Source of the DNA: Candidatus Liptonbacteria bacterium
GTDB taxonomy: Bacteria; Patescibacteriota; Minisyncoccia; UBA6257; 2-01-FULL-56-20
Direction of reading: 5' to 3'
Length of the DNA: 64,000 nt
NCBI GenBank assembly: GCA_016204385.1
Contig: JACQKW010000013.1
Coordinates: 12,507 to 76,506, forward strand
Of the stretch, positions 16,701-26,069 are shown in pieces (position 1 is the first letter of the stretch; each line of letters begins with the position of its first letter). The position numbers were made by a program, and so were the translations under genes. The notes under the pieces were generated by a model. That model was not told the DNA's origin, ran no database searches, and was given only the letters and a program-made list of their open reading frames with translations.

Positions 16701-16750
16701 TGCAGGGGTACTGCAAAAGAAATTGTAGACTACTTGAACCAAGAAATCAA
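16701..16750 (-). promoter_or_regulatory. putative uvrB promoter (TTGATT-17-TACAAT) with TGCAG-N5-CTGCA dyad at the predicted start site
   Basis: Minus strand: TTGATT (16750-16745), 17-nt spacer, TACAAT (16727-16722). The dyad TGCAGTACCCCTGCA lies at 16715-16701. Confidence 0.5.
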
Positions 16751-16771
16751 CGTGATAAAAGGGGCTCGAGA

Positions 16772-16798
16772 AACAGCCCCCGCCGGGCGGGGGCTGTT
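16772..16798 (-). terminator. GC-rich hairpin after 16809..17675
   Basis: aacagcccccgcc-ggg-cgggggctgtt; short T-run on the minus strand. Confidence 0.5.
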
Positions 16799-16808
16799 AT
16801 CCTCGATG

Positions 16809-17675
16809 CTATCGCGTCCGTATTCGTATCTTCCCTTGAAGGTCGCTGATCTGCTCCAAAATCTTCTTGATCTGGTCTCGAATATTTTGAGCTTCCTCCT
16901 CGCGCAGTCCCTTTCCCTTGATCTCCACGCGGAGTTTGCCGCGATCTTTCTCGTCTTTGTCCTCGTCCTTTATCTTAATTTCAACGCGGATTCTCGGCCG
17001 TTCGCGGGCAATGCTGAAGTTCCTGACCACATGGGCTCTCACCACGAGCGAAATGTTTTCGTCAACAGCCCCCTGCACGCTCACTTCGTCGCCAACCTGA
17101 ATTTGATTTATATCAAAACGGTCAAGTTCGCGGCCCTCACGGAAAACGAGCTCGGGCAAACCGCTCGTGTCAATCGTCCAGACAATTCCGAAGACCTTGG
17201 CGGTAAAGGAAGTACTCGCCACGCTCTGCACAATCATCCCGCGGCCCAAGAACCGGCCCGCAGGATTAATCTCGAGCTTCCGCTCCTTCACCAACGGTCT
17301 CGGCCCCACGGGCGGCGTCGTTGTTGCCGCAGGAAGAGTGGTAATTGTCGCGGAACAGCTCGCGTTCACGGTGCTTGTCGCGGAATCATTCACGCGGACC
17401 GCGGCTTGCTTGGTGCCGGTGGTGTTATAGGTAAACACAACCGTGCTTGATGTGCCGCTTGCATCGCCTGACCAGAGGAAAGCATGGGGCAACACGCCGC
17501 CGCTTGCGGCCGCATTCCAGGTTACCATGTTCACGTTCACTGAACCGGAGCACGAAGCGCTAAGAGGAGCCGGATTCGTGCTTGTCGAATTCTGGGCAAA
17601 AGCGAAAGAGCCAAGAAGCAAAAGGCTTATCGCCCCGATTCCGCCCAGTTTCGCCAATGTATTGCTACTCATCAT
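16809..17675 (-). CDS. secreted protein, unknown function (charged C-terminal helix)
   Basis: Signal/TM LAKLGGIGAISLLLLGSFAFA. Beta-rich middle. Lys/Glu-rich C-terminus (RIRVEIKIKDEDKDEKDRGKLRVEIKGK). Start at MMSSN preferred. Confidence 0.5.
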   Translation of the reverse strand: MMSSNTLAKLGGIGAISLLLLGSFAFAQNSTSTNPAPLSASCSGSVNVNMVTWNAAASGGVLPHAFLWSGDASGTSSTVVFTYNTTGTKQAAVRVNDSATSTVNASCSATITTLPAATTTPPVGPRPLVKERKLEINPAGRFLGRGMIVQSVASTSFTAKVFGIVWTIDTSGLPELVFREGRELDRFDINQIQVGDEVSVQGAVDENISLVVRAHVVRNFSIARERPRIRVEIKIKDEDKDEKDRGKLRVEIKGKGLREEEAQNIRDQIKKILEQISDLQGKIRIRTR

Positions 17676-18528
17676 TTTTCGGAAATTCCTTTCCTTCACG
17701 TTTTTGTTCGACCTTTTGGGTTTCATCCTTTTGTTTGCCGCGGTTATCGTCGCTCGTGTCCTTTTCCTTAATTTCGGGAGATTTTATTTTTTCTTTCAAT
17801 TCAATGATTTGCCGTTCCAACGAATCATCGTTTTCCCGAATCACCGGAAGGCATTTCTTTTCGAATTTGAGTATGAATGAAGGGTTTTCTTTGAGAATGC
17901 TCTCGATTCCCTCGATTTCGCTCCTTAAAATTCCCTGGAATGATTCGCAGACTGCCTTCCGTTTGTCGTTTCCTCTTTTCTCTTCCCTCTCGTCTTCGCG
18001 TTTGCCCGATTTCAAACGTATTGTCCGAGGAGAAGAAGTGGAAACCGCTTCGGGATCTGCAGAAACTGAACTCGTGGCGAACGCAACGGTACGTGCGGGT
18101 TCGCCGTTCAGGGCGGCGAGCGATTCCCGCAGTTCTCCTTCGAAATCTGATTTCAGCGTGAGGATTTTTGGATTTTCCGGCGCATCCGATTCAAATGTTT
18201 TTATCTCCTCGAGCCTTCGTTCGGCGAATTTGAGATGAAGAGAAGGTTTTCCAAGATCGCTGGTGAGCGCCAGATCCACTGCTTCCTTAGAACGTTTTAG
18301 GGGATACAGGATGCTCTCCGGACCAACATTCCTTTCGTCCGCATACACCGCTCCCCCGCTCACGATGATCATTATCGCCACGCCGCTCGCCAAGCCCTGC
18401 AGAAAATATCTGAACGCAGAATGAGGGCGGCGCTCCCCCCTGAATTTCTGGTCAAACGCCGAAAGAAAGACGTTTTTTGAATGCTCCACAAATTCCTTCC
18501 GTGGTGCGTATATTTTTTTCAAATTCAT
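17665..18528 (-). CDS. membrane protein, DUF5667-like (unknown function)
   Basis: N-terminal cytoplasmic segment, one TM (FLQGLASGVAIMIIVSGGAVYA), and helical repeats typical of small CPR anti-sigma-like proteins. The assignment is from memory only. Confidence 0.45.
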   Translation of the reverse strand: MNLKKIYAPRKEFVEHSKNVFLSAFDQKFRGERRPHSAFRYFLQGLASGVAIMIIVSGGAVYADERNVGPESILYPLKRSKEAVDLALTSDLGKPSLHLKFAERRLEEIKTFESDAPENPKILTLKSDFEGELRESLAALNGEPARTVAFATSSVSADPEAVSTSSPRTIRLKSGKREDEREEKRGNDKRKAVCESFQGILRSEIEGIESILKENPSFILKFEKKCLPVIRENDDSLERQIIELKEKIKSPEIKEKDTSDDNRGKQKDETQKVEQKREGKEFPKNDE

Positions 18529-18620
18529 CGAAATAATTTATTCATGAAAAGATACGCAGTAGAAGCAATAACGTTACAGCCCTCAAAAAGGCTGATTATT
18601 CGAGCATTCGCGCACGACGG

Positions 18621-19820
18621 TTACTCGCTCTTGCGCCCAACCCGATAAATCACTCCCGCCTTGTCGTCGGAGACATAGAGCGCCTTGTCCGGGCCGATCA
18701 CGAGGTCAACGGGCCTGCCCAATGCGCCCTCGGATGTGAGCCAGCCGGAGATAAAATCTTCCGACGGGAATCCGCCATCGAGCGTTCGATCTACTTCGTC
18801 CATATCGAAATGCACGACCTTGTACCCCACGGGTTCGCTCCGGTTCCACGAACCATGGTATGCGACGAGCAAATCGTTCCAGTATTCATTGGGCCATGCG
18901 GGTGATTCGGGAATAAATACGAACCCCAATGGTGCCACGTGCGCCGGAAGATCCATGAAACTCGGCGTCTCAAACGGTTCCATGCAAGGATTTCGTATAT
19001 AGGTGTTCTTGTCAAAATCAGCATCATGAATGTTCTTGCCGTAGCAAATGGGCCATCCGTAATTTTTTCCCTCCTCGATGATATTTACCTCGTCAGGAGG
19101 AATATCGTCCCCGATCAAATCCCGTCCCATATCCGTTCCCCACATCCGCCCTTGCGCGTCCCAATCGAAAAACACGGTGTTCCGAAGCCCGCGCGCGAAC
19201 TCCCGAAAATTACTCCCATCCTCATCGGCCGTAAAAATCTTCGCTCGGCGTTCGTCCCCTTCATTGCACACATTGCATGACGATCCGATGGACACGTATA
19301 GCTTTTTGTCGGGTCCAAATTTTATGGTGCGGGTGAAATGTCCTTTGCCCGACGGAAGGTCAATGATTTTATGAAGCGTATCCTCCGAATATGTTCCCAC
19401 TCGCGACACTTTATCTTCCTCTGCGATATAAAGAAGGAAAACATTGTCCGGAGCGAACGCAAGCCCGTGCGGATTTTTCAAATCCAGAAAAACGGCGTTT
19501 TGGCTTTGCACGGCGCCGCTTTCTTTGTCGATTTCAAGAAGCGACACGGTGCCTTCCGACGTTTGGCTCACCCACATGTTCCCGAACGAATCAAACGCCA
19601 TCACGCGTGCACCCGGCAAATCTTTCGCAAAGATTGATACTGAAAAACCGCGCGGCAGCGTGAGCGGAATTCCGCCCGCCTCGATAACCTTCGTGATGTC
19701 CCCGGGCGGGGGCATAATTGCCGGCCCAATGCCTCGGAGATGCGAGAAATAAAACGAGGCGGCCAAACCTGCTCCCAATAAAGCAAACGCTATTGCGGCG
19801 GCGAGTATCGCATTTCTCAT
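18621..19820 (-). CDS. PQQ-dependent sugar (glucose/sorbosone) dehydrogenase family protein
   Basis: Beta-propeller motifs PHGLAFAPD, LYVSIGSSCNVCNE, NYGWPICYG, HGSWNRSEPVGYKV. Signal anchor from MRNAILAAAIAF. Confidence 0.8.
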   Translation of the reverse strand: MRNAILAAAIAFALLGAGLAASFYFSHLRGIGPAIMPPPGDITKVIEAGGIPLTLPRGFSVSIFAKDLPGARVMAFDSFGNMWVSQTSEGTVSLLEIDKESGAVQSQNAVFLDLKNPHGLAFAPDNVFLLYIAEEDKVSRVGTYSEDTLHKIIDLPSGKGHFTRTIKFGPDKKLYVSIGSSCNVCNEGDERRAKIFTADEDGSNFREFARGLRNTVFFDWDAQGRMWGTDMGRDLIGDDIPPDEVNIIEEGKNYGWPICYGKNIHDADFDKNTYIRNPCMEPFETPSFMDLPAHVAPLGFVFIPESPAWPNEYWNDLLVAYHGSWNRSEPVGYKVVHFDMDEVDRTLDGGFPSEDFISGWLTSEGALGRPVDLVIGPDKALYVSDDKAGVIYRVGRKSE

Positions 19821-19827
19821 TTTGCAT

Positions 19828-20046
19828 CTACCCCTTTCGGAGAATCTTCTGCCAAAAGAGCGGATGGTCAACGATGATCTCGCTTATGAATGCAAACGGC
19901 AATGCGACGAAGAAGGCGACGAACACGACCCGCAAATCGAGCGTTGCATCGGTCGCAAAAGAGATCGCAATCAAATCTTCGATAGTGCCCATCAGCAACC
20001 CGACGATCAGAAATTCCATCAGCCGTAATTTGTTCAAGTGGCGCAT
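19828..20046 (-). CDS. small 2-TM membrane protein
   Basis: Hydrophobic segments MEFLIVGLLMGTIEDLIAISF and VVFVAFFVALPFAFI. No clear SD. Confidence 0.4.
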   Translation of the reverse strand: MRHLNKLRLMEFLIVGLLMGTIEDLIAISFATDATLDLRVVFVAFFVALPFAFISEIIVDHPLFWQKILRKG

Positions 20047-20052
20047 TTGCTT

Positions 20053-20589
20053 TTAGTTCGGTTTTGACCTTTTTGGATCATTCACTTCCGGTGTGAATTT
20101 AACCTGTCCGCCGAAAATAAGATCCTTCACCCGTTCCGGGTGCGGAATTTGGCGTATCACGAATTGGCGATGTTCCCCTGCAGTTTGCACATGGAGGTCA
20201 CCGAATTTGAGCAGCGTGGGAATGATGCCGCGCACATCAATGCTTACGTCCTGGATGCGCTCGAGCCTGAACTCGGAGATTTCCCTGCTAAACAGGTGGT
20301 GCTGCTCGACGGCAATAATGCGGCGGTCGGTGACGATCCAGAGATCTAAATAGTAATTTGTCCACACCACGAAAAACCCCATCCATAACAAAAGGTACCA
20401 GACGGCAGTGAGAAATACCCCGAACGAGAGCGTTTTTAGGTTCACGAGCGCCTCGAACCCCCCGAGAACACCGAGAAGAACGAATGGTATGAACGCGAGC
20501 ACAAGAATAAGGAGCGATTCGAGAAGAAGCGCGTACCAATGGCGCCGCACTTCAAGAAGGACAGTTTCGTCCGAGGGAATAGTGATCAT
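20053..20589 (-). CDS. PH-domain (bPH_2/YdbS-YdbT-like) membrane protein
   Basis: Two TM helices followed by LWIVTDRRIIAVEQHHLFSREISEFRLERIQDVSIDVRGIIPTLLKFGDLHVQTAG. Confidence 0.7.
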   Translation of the reverse strand: MITIPSDETVLLEVRRHWYALLLESLLILVLAFIPFVLLGVLGGFEALVNLKTLSFGVFLTAVWYLLLWMGFFVVWTNYYLDLWIVTDRRIIAVEQHHLFSREISEFRLERIQDVSIDVRGIIPTLLKFGDLHVQTAGEHRQFVIRQIPHPERVKDLIFGGQVKFTPEVNDPKRSKPN

Positions 20590-20978
20590 CGCGCGAATAG
20601 AAAAAGCGAAAACGCCATGAGAATGAGAAGCATAGCGGATACGGTATAAAAGATCCTGCGCATTTTCTTGATTTCGCTTCGGAGGGGAATGAGGTCAAAT
20701 TGATGCCAGTGATATCCTAAAATGAGCACCGCGATGAGGTACAGAAAGAGAATCACGGAGAAGCCGAGGATAAGGATCCCCGGCGGCGTTCTTGCCGCAA
20801 TCTCATGAAAAGAGAGCGATACTCCCATGCCTCTCATTGTAGCGGCGGGAGGCGAAAAAATGAAGACTCCGCTCCTCGCCGCCCGAGACCCGCCGGTATG
20901 AGCGGGATTAAACGGACAAAGAACGCCGCCCGCGCTCACGAATTTATTGTAGAGCGGAAGCGCTTCGACGGCGCTCAT
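20586..20978 (-). CDS. membrane protein, unknown function
   Basis: Two C-terminal TM helices; start/stop overlap with neighbouring genes suggests an operon. Confidence 0.4.
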   Translation of the reverse strand: MSAVEALPLYNKFVSAGGVLCPFNPAHTGGSRAARSGVFIFSPPAATMRGMGVSLSFHEIAARTPPGILILGFSVILFLYLIAVLILGYHWHQFDLIPLRSEIKKMRRIFYTVSAMLLILMAFSLFLFAR

Positions 20979-20987
20979 CCATTGGAC

Positions 20988-22550
20988 TTACGTGATCTCC
21001 TCCCGCTTCGTCTTGATAAACCCCCTAAAATTTTCCACAAACTCGATGAATAATTGGAACGGCAGTTCAAGGATCACGTTGAAGATGATGACGAGGATGT
21101 TTACCTTCGCGAGTCCCGCGAGGATCCATTTCCCGATCGTGACGAGCGGCATGCTCACGACTTCCAAAAGAAAGGCGAGAAAAGAACCCTTCCGCTCTTC
21201 GAGGCTTATCTCTTTCGAGCGGTTATTGACCTTGACGCCGGCCGCGGCGACAAGCGACGTGAAGAAAACAAAAATGATTATGTTCGCAATATTAAAGGAG
21301 AGCGCGAGGAGCAGCTTTGAGAGAAAATAGAGCACGACGAAGAAGATGCCGAAATACGAGAACCGCGCGATGGATTCTCCGAGCGACATCCTTCTCCTCG
21401 GGGGTTTTACTGCATATTTCTTCTGCGACTCTTCGGATAACGCGTTCCGCATCTCGTTCACGACCAATTCTTCGTTCCGGGCAGACGGCATTCGTATGGA
21501 CAGGACGATGATGAGCATGAGGAACGGCGGGAACGCGATGTTCACGAGCGTGTTTGCAAGGGAAAAGCCGCCGAAGAGGTATGTCTCAATCGGGATCTCA
21601 ACCGCAAGGGCAACCGCGATCTTCGAGAGGAAAAAGGATACGACGCTGAAAAACGCAAGGCGGGTGAGCCGTGACCGCTGCCTTCGGTATCTGCGCCGAT
21701 AGTGGTGGCGCGCCTCTGCCTCGCGAGCCTCCTCGCCGTCAAGGATTTTTTCCGCATCTCCCGCGCTGTTCGCATCCTCGATGATATCGCCCACAATAAA
21801 GAACACCGTATTGTAATGGTTGCATAACTTGAAGAACGCGGGCGCAAGCGGGTGCGCAATCAGTTTCTCGATATGCGCCTTAATCCCGGGGAGCTCGCCC
21901 GCAACGCGAGGGCAGTCTTTTTCCTGCATGGTATGCCAGTCGGGATAGACGAACTTGAAAAGGCGGTAGTGAAGCTGGTCCTTGTCCACCTTGAGAAGGG
22001 CTTTCTGGATCGCAATAAAAAGCTGTGCCTCAATGTCCTCGCGCGGGTACCGGCTCCCGTTCATTGAAAGACGGTCCTTGAGTGAGACGAACATCAGGTC
22101 TGAAATCAACTTGTCCTTCGTCGGAGGGAAAAGGCTTTCTTCGATTGCGTTTACGGTGATCTTCGTGAGCCACTCAACAATCTCCTCTTGCTCGGTGTGC
22201 GCGAGCACGCATCCTAAATTATCGATGAGCCGCTGCACCTCCTGGATCTTCGCCTCCGGGACCGCGTCGTTTGAAAGATGTCCCGAACGGATGATCTCTT
22301 TAATGAGCGGTTCCGCAACGTTCCCGTCTTTATGGATAAACAGCCGCCGTTGAAGGACGCGGTCAATGAATTTTTTTCTGAAAAGATGCTCTTCCTGATA
22401 ATCAACGAGGTTCCTTACTTTCTCGTAAAAAACCGCCACTTGAGACGCGATCTCGTCAACGTGGATTTTAGGCATATCCTCGCCCGGGACGCTTTCCTTG
22501 CGGGAGGCAAAATAGCCTCGAAGAAGCTCTTTTATAGGCTCATGAAGCAT
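20988..22550 (-). CDS. large multi-pass membrane protein, unknown function
   Basis: 520-aa ORF with a soluble helical N-terminal half and at least 5 TM helices in the C-terminal half. Confidence 0.55.
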   Translation of the reverse strand: MLHEPIKELLRGYFASRKESVPGEDMPKIHVDEIASQVAVFYEKVRNLVDYQEEHLFRKKFIDRVLQRRLFIHKDGNVAEPLIKEIIRSGHLSNDAVPEAKIQEVQRLIDNLGCVLAHTEQEEIVEWLTKITVNAIEESLFPPTKDKLISDLMFVSLKDRLSMNGSRYPREDIEAQLFIAIQKALLKVDKDQLHYRLFKFVYPDWHTMQEKDCPRVAGELPGIKAHIEKLIAHPLAPAFFKLCNHYNTVFFIVGDIIEDANSAGDAEKILDGEEAREAEARHHYRRRYRRQRSRLTRLAFFSVVSFFLSKIAVALAVEIPIETYLFGGFSLANTLVNIAFPPFLMLIIVLSIRMPSARNEELVVNEMRNALSEESQKKYAVKPPRRRMSLGESIARFSYFGIFFVVLYFLSKLLLALSFNIANIIIFVFFTSLVAAAGVKVNNRSKEISLEERKGSFLAFLLEVVSMPLVTIGKWILAGLAKVNILVIIFNVILELPFQLFIEFVENFRGFIKTKREEIT

Positions 22551-22957
22551 GGAAAAAGGGGCTTTAAAACCCCGTTCTTATTATAACATCCCATGCCCTC
22601 CGTCAATAGTTGCCTGAATTCCAAGCAGAACAGACGCTCTGCGTCTGTTCTTACGCTTCTCCCCTCTCTCCGGGAGCAAGGATCTGGTAAGACCCTATAA
22701 AAGCTTTGAGAAGCTTGTACACTCCTTGAAATTCGTCTCTGCGATCAATTCGTATCATTGTGCCGTATATTTTTTTCTATCGGTTCGCGCTGCGGCACCT
22801 CGCTAAATATCGTCGTACGAGGAACGAATAAGATCTTCGAGACGCCTTGTAAGGAGTCCTTGCAAGTATGCAATTTTGTATGCGCTCATTCGCTCTTTCT
22901 ATGCTTATTTTTCGGGCAGTTCGACCAGGCCGCCCTCCATTCACGCAGACACTTCCA

Positions 22958-22988
22958 TAAAAAAAATGTTCCGCCTCGAGGGGAACAT
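22958..22988 (-). terminator. intrinsic terminator (minus strand)
   Basis: Minus strand: ATGTTCC-CCTCGAGGC-GGAACAT followed by T8. Confidence 0.7.
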
Positions 22989-23173
22989 CCACAACATATG
23001 CACGGGTTATCGAGAACTTATCCAGACCGCATATCCCATGTCATTGATACAACGCGTATGAATCCTGCGCTCACTGTGTAGAGAGTGGGCAAAGCTTGTA
23101 TGGGTGTGAGGGTGTGCCCCCGCACCCATGTACTTCCCGACATGAAAACAGCTTCGAAAAAACTTAGCCGCTC

Positions 23174-23821
23174 TCATATCTTCGACAAGGGGCATAGTGA
23201 ATGGGTGTGGGGGCGTGCGGGACAATATTTCCGTCCGTAGTCAATCAAGCGATACGTAAAGTCAAACCACTCTTTTTTCGGCAAAATCTTCATTAAATCC
23301 TGCTCGATTTTATTTGGGTCTACATGGTTTGTAAGTCCCAGTAATCTCGAGAGCCGGCGGACGTGGGTGTCTACCGCGATTCCTTCCACCACGCCGTAGG
23401 CATTCCCGAGTATCACGTTTGCGGATTTTCTCCCAATGCCGGGAATGGCGAGCATCTCATCCATTGTTTTGGGAAGCGTGCCGTGAAATTTATTTTTCAC
23501 CACTTTTGCCGCGGCGAGGATATTTTTCGTCTTCGCGCGGTAAAATCCGGTCGGGCGCACATCGCGCTCAAAAATTTTAGGTTTCGCACGCACGTAATCG
23601 TCGAGTGTTCGATATTTTTTGAACAGCGTTTCGGTAACCTCGTTTACCTTCTTATCCGTGCACTGCGCGGAGAGCACCACCGCGACCAAAAGTTCCCAGT
23701 GAGTATTGTATTTCAAAACAATTCTTGCGCCCGGCAAAAGTTTTTTGAGGAGGCGGACGATTCGCGTTGCTTTCTTTCTTCGCGAAACGAGCACGCGCTC
23801 CAAAACCTTTTTTTTCTCCAT
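23174..23821 (-). CDS. nth: endonuclease III (HhH-GPD) with atypical C-terminus
   Basis: LVAVVLSAQCTDKKVN. HhH LLAIPGIGRKSANVILG. Catalytic region VDTHVRRLSRLLGL. The C-terminus YCPARPHTHSLCPLSKI has only 2 of the 4 canonical Fe-S cysteines. Confidence 0.85.
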   Translation of the reverse strand: MEKKKVLERVLVSRRKKATRIVRLLKKLLPGARIVLKYNTHWELLVAVVLSAQCTDKKVNEVTETLFKKYRTLDDYVRAKPKIFERDVRPTGFYRAKTKNILAAAKVVKNKFHGTLPKTMDEMLAIPGIGRKSANVILGNAYGVVEGIAVDTHVRRLSRLLGLTNHVDPNKIEQDLMKILPKKEWFDFTYRLIDYGRKYCPARPHTHSLCPLSKI

Positions 23822-23830
23822 CGGCGCGAA

Positions 23831-25222
23831 TTAAATCTTCTCGAGTAATTTAATGAGGAGCCGCATCGGCGCGCCTGCCGCGCCTTTCGATAAAAATTCC
23901 CCCTCGATCGCCGTCATGCGCGGCGCGATGTCAATGTGGACCCAAGGATATTTCTTCGCGAACGCATAAAGGAATACTGCGCCCAGCACGGCACCTCCGT
24001 ATCGCGATCTGCGAATATGATCGTTCGCAATATCGCCAAATGTTCCTTTGATATCTTCCTTATACTCGTCCCATAAGGGCATTGGCCAGACGTAATCCCC
24101 GCTTTCTTCGCCGAGTTTACGGACGAGGTGTTCCAATTTCTCGTCTTTTGTAAAAATTGCCGATGCGCGCTCACCAAGCGCCACCACCGCGGCGCCGGTC
24201 AAGGTCGCCACATCAACAACCAATCGCGGCTTGTATCTTTCCGCATAGGTAAGCGCGTCTGCGAGGATAATCCTGCCTTCCGCGTCAGTATTCAAGACCT
24301 CGATCGTTTTCCCTGACATTGATCGGAGCACGTCGCCCGGGCGGTAACTCGAGCCGGACGGCATGTTTTCCACGGCAGGAATGAGGCCGATTACATGCTT
24401 TTTAAGGCCTAATTTTGCCGCGAGCACCGCGGTGTGGATCACCGCCGCGCCCCCGGACATATCAAGATGCATATCGCTCATTCCTTCTGTTGATTTGAGA
24501 TTCAGGCCGCCGGTATCAAACGTAACCCCTTTTCCCACGAGCACGATCGGCTTGCCTGGCACGCCGCGGTATTCGAGAATGATGAATCTCGGCTCTTCGC
24601 TCGAGCCCTGCGAGACCCCGAGAATCGCACCCATCTTAAGTTTCTTGATATCTCTCACGCCGAGGATCTTTACTTTCACCTTCGTGCCTCGCGCCGCTTT
24701 CTTCGCCTCGTCCGCGAGAATCGTGGGCGTCATCATCCCGGCGGGGGTATTCGCTAATGCGCGGCATGCGTTTACTTCCTCGCCGATGCGCTGTCCCCGG
24801 ATAAATGCATTCCGCACCGCGCGGTCAACGTTTCCCGTGACTATGACCGTTTTCACAAAACGCCAGCCGTCGGGAGGGGGTGTTTTATAGGAAACGAATT
24901 CGAAGTTCGCCATTTCAAAATTCGTCGCAATGAGTTCTGCGGCATCGGTGCGGGACAATTCCAAATGCGGGAGAAGAAGATCGTCAAAGCGGAATCTAAA
25001 TATCGCTATCCGGTGCGCTTTTGCAATCGTGACTATCTTGCGAAGGAGGTTGAGGTAGTGCCGGCGGCTGACCTGTTCTTTCCCGATTCCTACCGAGAGC
25101 ATTTTTTTTCCGCTTGGGAGGCGCACAAGCGAACTTTCTTCAGCCGCTTCAAATTGTATCGAAGCAACTTTATTTTTTTTATGAAGCTTTTTTGCAAGGA
25201 CAAATTGGATCTTCTTATGCAT
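23831..25222 (-). CDS. pepA: leucyl aminopeptidase (M17)
   Basis: NTDAEGRIILADAL signature, VGKGVTFDTGG, DMSGGAAV. Confidence 0.9.
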   Translation of the reverse strand: MHKKIQFVLAKKLHKKNKVASIQFEAAEESSLVRLPSGKKMLSVGIGKEQVSRRHYLNLLRKIVTIAKAHRIAIFRFRFDDLLLPHLELSRTDAAELIATNFEMANFEFVSYKTPPPDGWRFVKTVIVTGNVDRAVRNAFIRGQRIGEEVNACRALANTPAGMMTPTILADEAKKAARGTKVKVKILGVRDIKKLKMGAILGVSQGSSEEPRFIILEYRGVPGKPIVLVGKGVTFDTGGLNLKSTEGMSDMHLDMSGGAAVIHTAVLAAKLGLKKHVIGLIPAVENMPSGSSYRPGDVLRSMSGKTIEVLNTDAEGRIILADALTYAERYKPRLVVDVATLTGAAVVALGERASAIFTKDEKLEHLVRKLGEESGDYVWPMPLWDEYKEDIKGTFGDIANDHIRRSRYGGAVLGAVFLYAFAKKYPWVHIDIAPRMTAIEGEFLSKGAAGAPMRLLIKLLEKI

Positions 25223-26069
25223 TGGCGTGTTGCGATGTGCGAATCATTATATTCTTTTTTTGCCTCGTAAGAAAGCCCTCGTGCGCAAGCTCTGCGAGCG
25301 CGAGAGAGATTTTTCCCGGAGATTCATCGAGCAATGCCGCGATCTTCTCTTTGCGCATCGAGCGGGATTTGAGAAGCAGCGCGACGATCTTTCCGCGAAG
25401 TTCGCGAGTTGAGCCCGAAAAACGCGGCTGTGTTCTGTGCAGTGCGCTTTTCCTGTTGGGATTTACTCCACTCCTCCCAAGCATTGCCCCGTAATCCATG
25501 AGCGCCGAGTACCACTCCCGGGGATTGCGCCGGTCCATGGTTCGCGAGATAAGCGGGAAAATTTCCTCATCGCGTACTTTTCGCTGGTGCGGGAAAAAGA
25601 AATGGATAAACGTGCGCCGTATATTCGTTTCAATGAAGGGTGCGGGGATATTGAATGCGAATGCCGCGATTGCGCCGGCGGTGCCCGGCCCTATCCCCGG
25701 CAGTTTCTCAAGCACTCGCGGGTCGTGAGGAAGCCTGCCGCGGAAGCGGCCCGCGACGATCCCGCTTAGTTTTTTAAGCCCGAGCGCGCGGCGGTTATAC
25801 CCCAATCCCCTCCACGAAAGAAGAATACTGCGGGGAGAAGCCCGAGCGAGAGATTGAAAATTCGGAAAGCGCTTAATGAAGCGGTGATACGTTCGAAGCA
25901 CCCGCGAGACCTGCGTTTGCTGAAGCATTATTTCCGAGACGAGTATCCGGTAAGGGTTTTTTGTGTTGCGCCACGGGAGATTTCTTCCGTGGCGCAGGTA
26001 GTGGCTGCGAATCGCTTTTTTGAACCTTGCGATTGCCCGGATCGGCACATTCCCTCGTGCCTTATTCAT
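25215..26069 (-). CDS. HhH-GPD DNA glycosylase, MutY/EndoIII-related, no Fe-S cysteines, C-terminal wHTH-like tail
   Basis: LPWRNTKNPYRILVSEIMLQQTQVSRV is MutY-like. HhH LPGIGPGTAGAIAAFAF. No Cys cluster and no NUDIX domain. Confidence 0.75.
   Translation of the reverse strand: MNKARGNVPIRAIARFKKAIRSHYLRHGRNLPWRNTKNPYRILVSEIMLQQTQVSRVLRTYHRFIKRFPNFQSLARASPRSILLSWRGLGYNRRALGLKKLSGIVAGRFRGRLPHDPRVLEKLPGIGPGTAGAIAAFAFNIPAPFIETNIRRTFIHFFFPHQRKVRDEEIFPLISRTMDRRNPREWYSALMDYGAMLGRSGVNPNRKSALHRTQPRFSGSTRELRGKIVALLLKSRSMRKEKIAALLDESPGKISLALAELAHEGFLTRQKKNIMIRTSQHANA

Noticed and set aside
22905-22940. tmRNA/tRNA-like 3' end (gggcagttcgaccaggccgccctcca)
   Set aside because: No 5-bp T stem can be formed around TTCGACC, no acceptor pairing partner or tag reading frame was found, and the sequence ends in CCATTCA rather than CCA.
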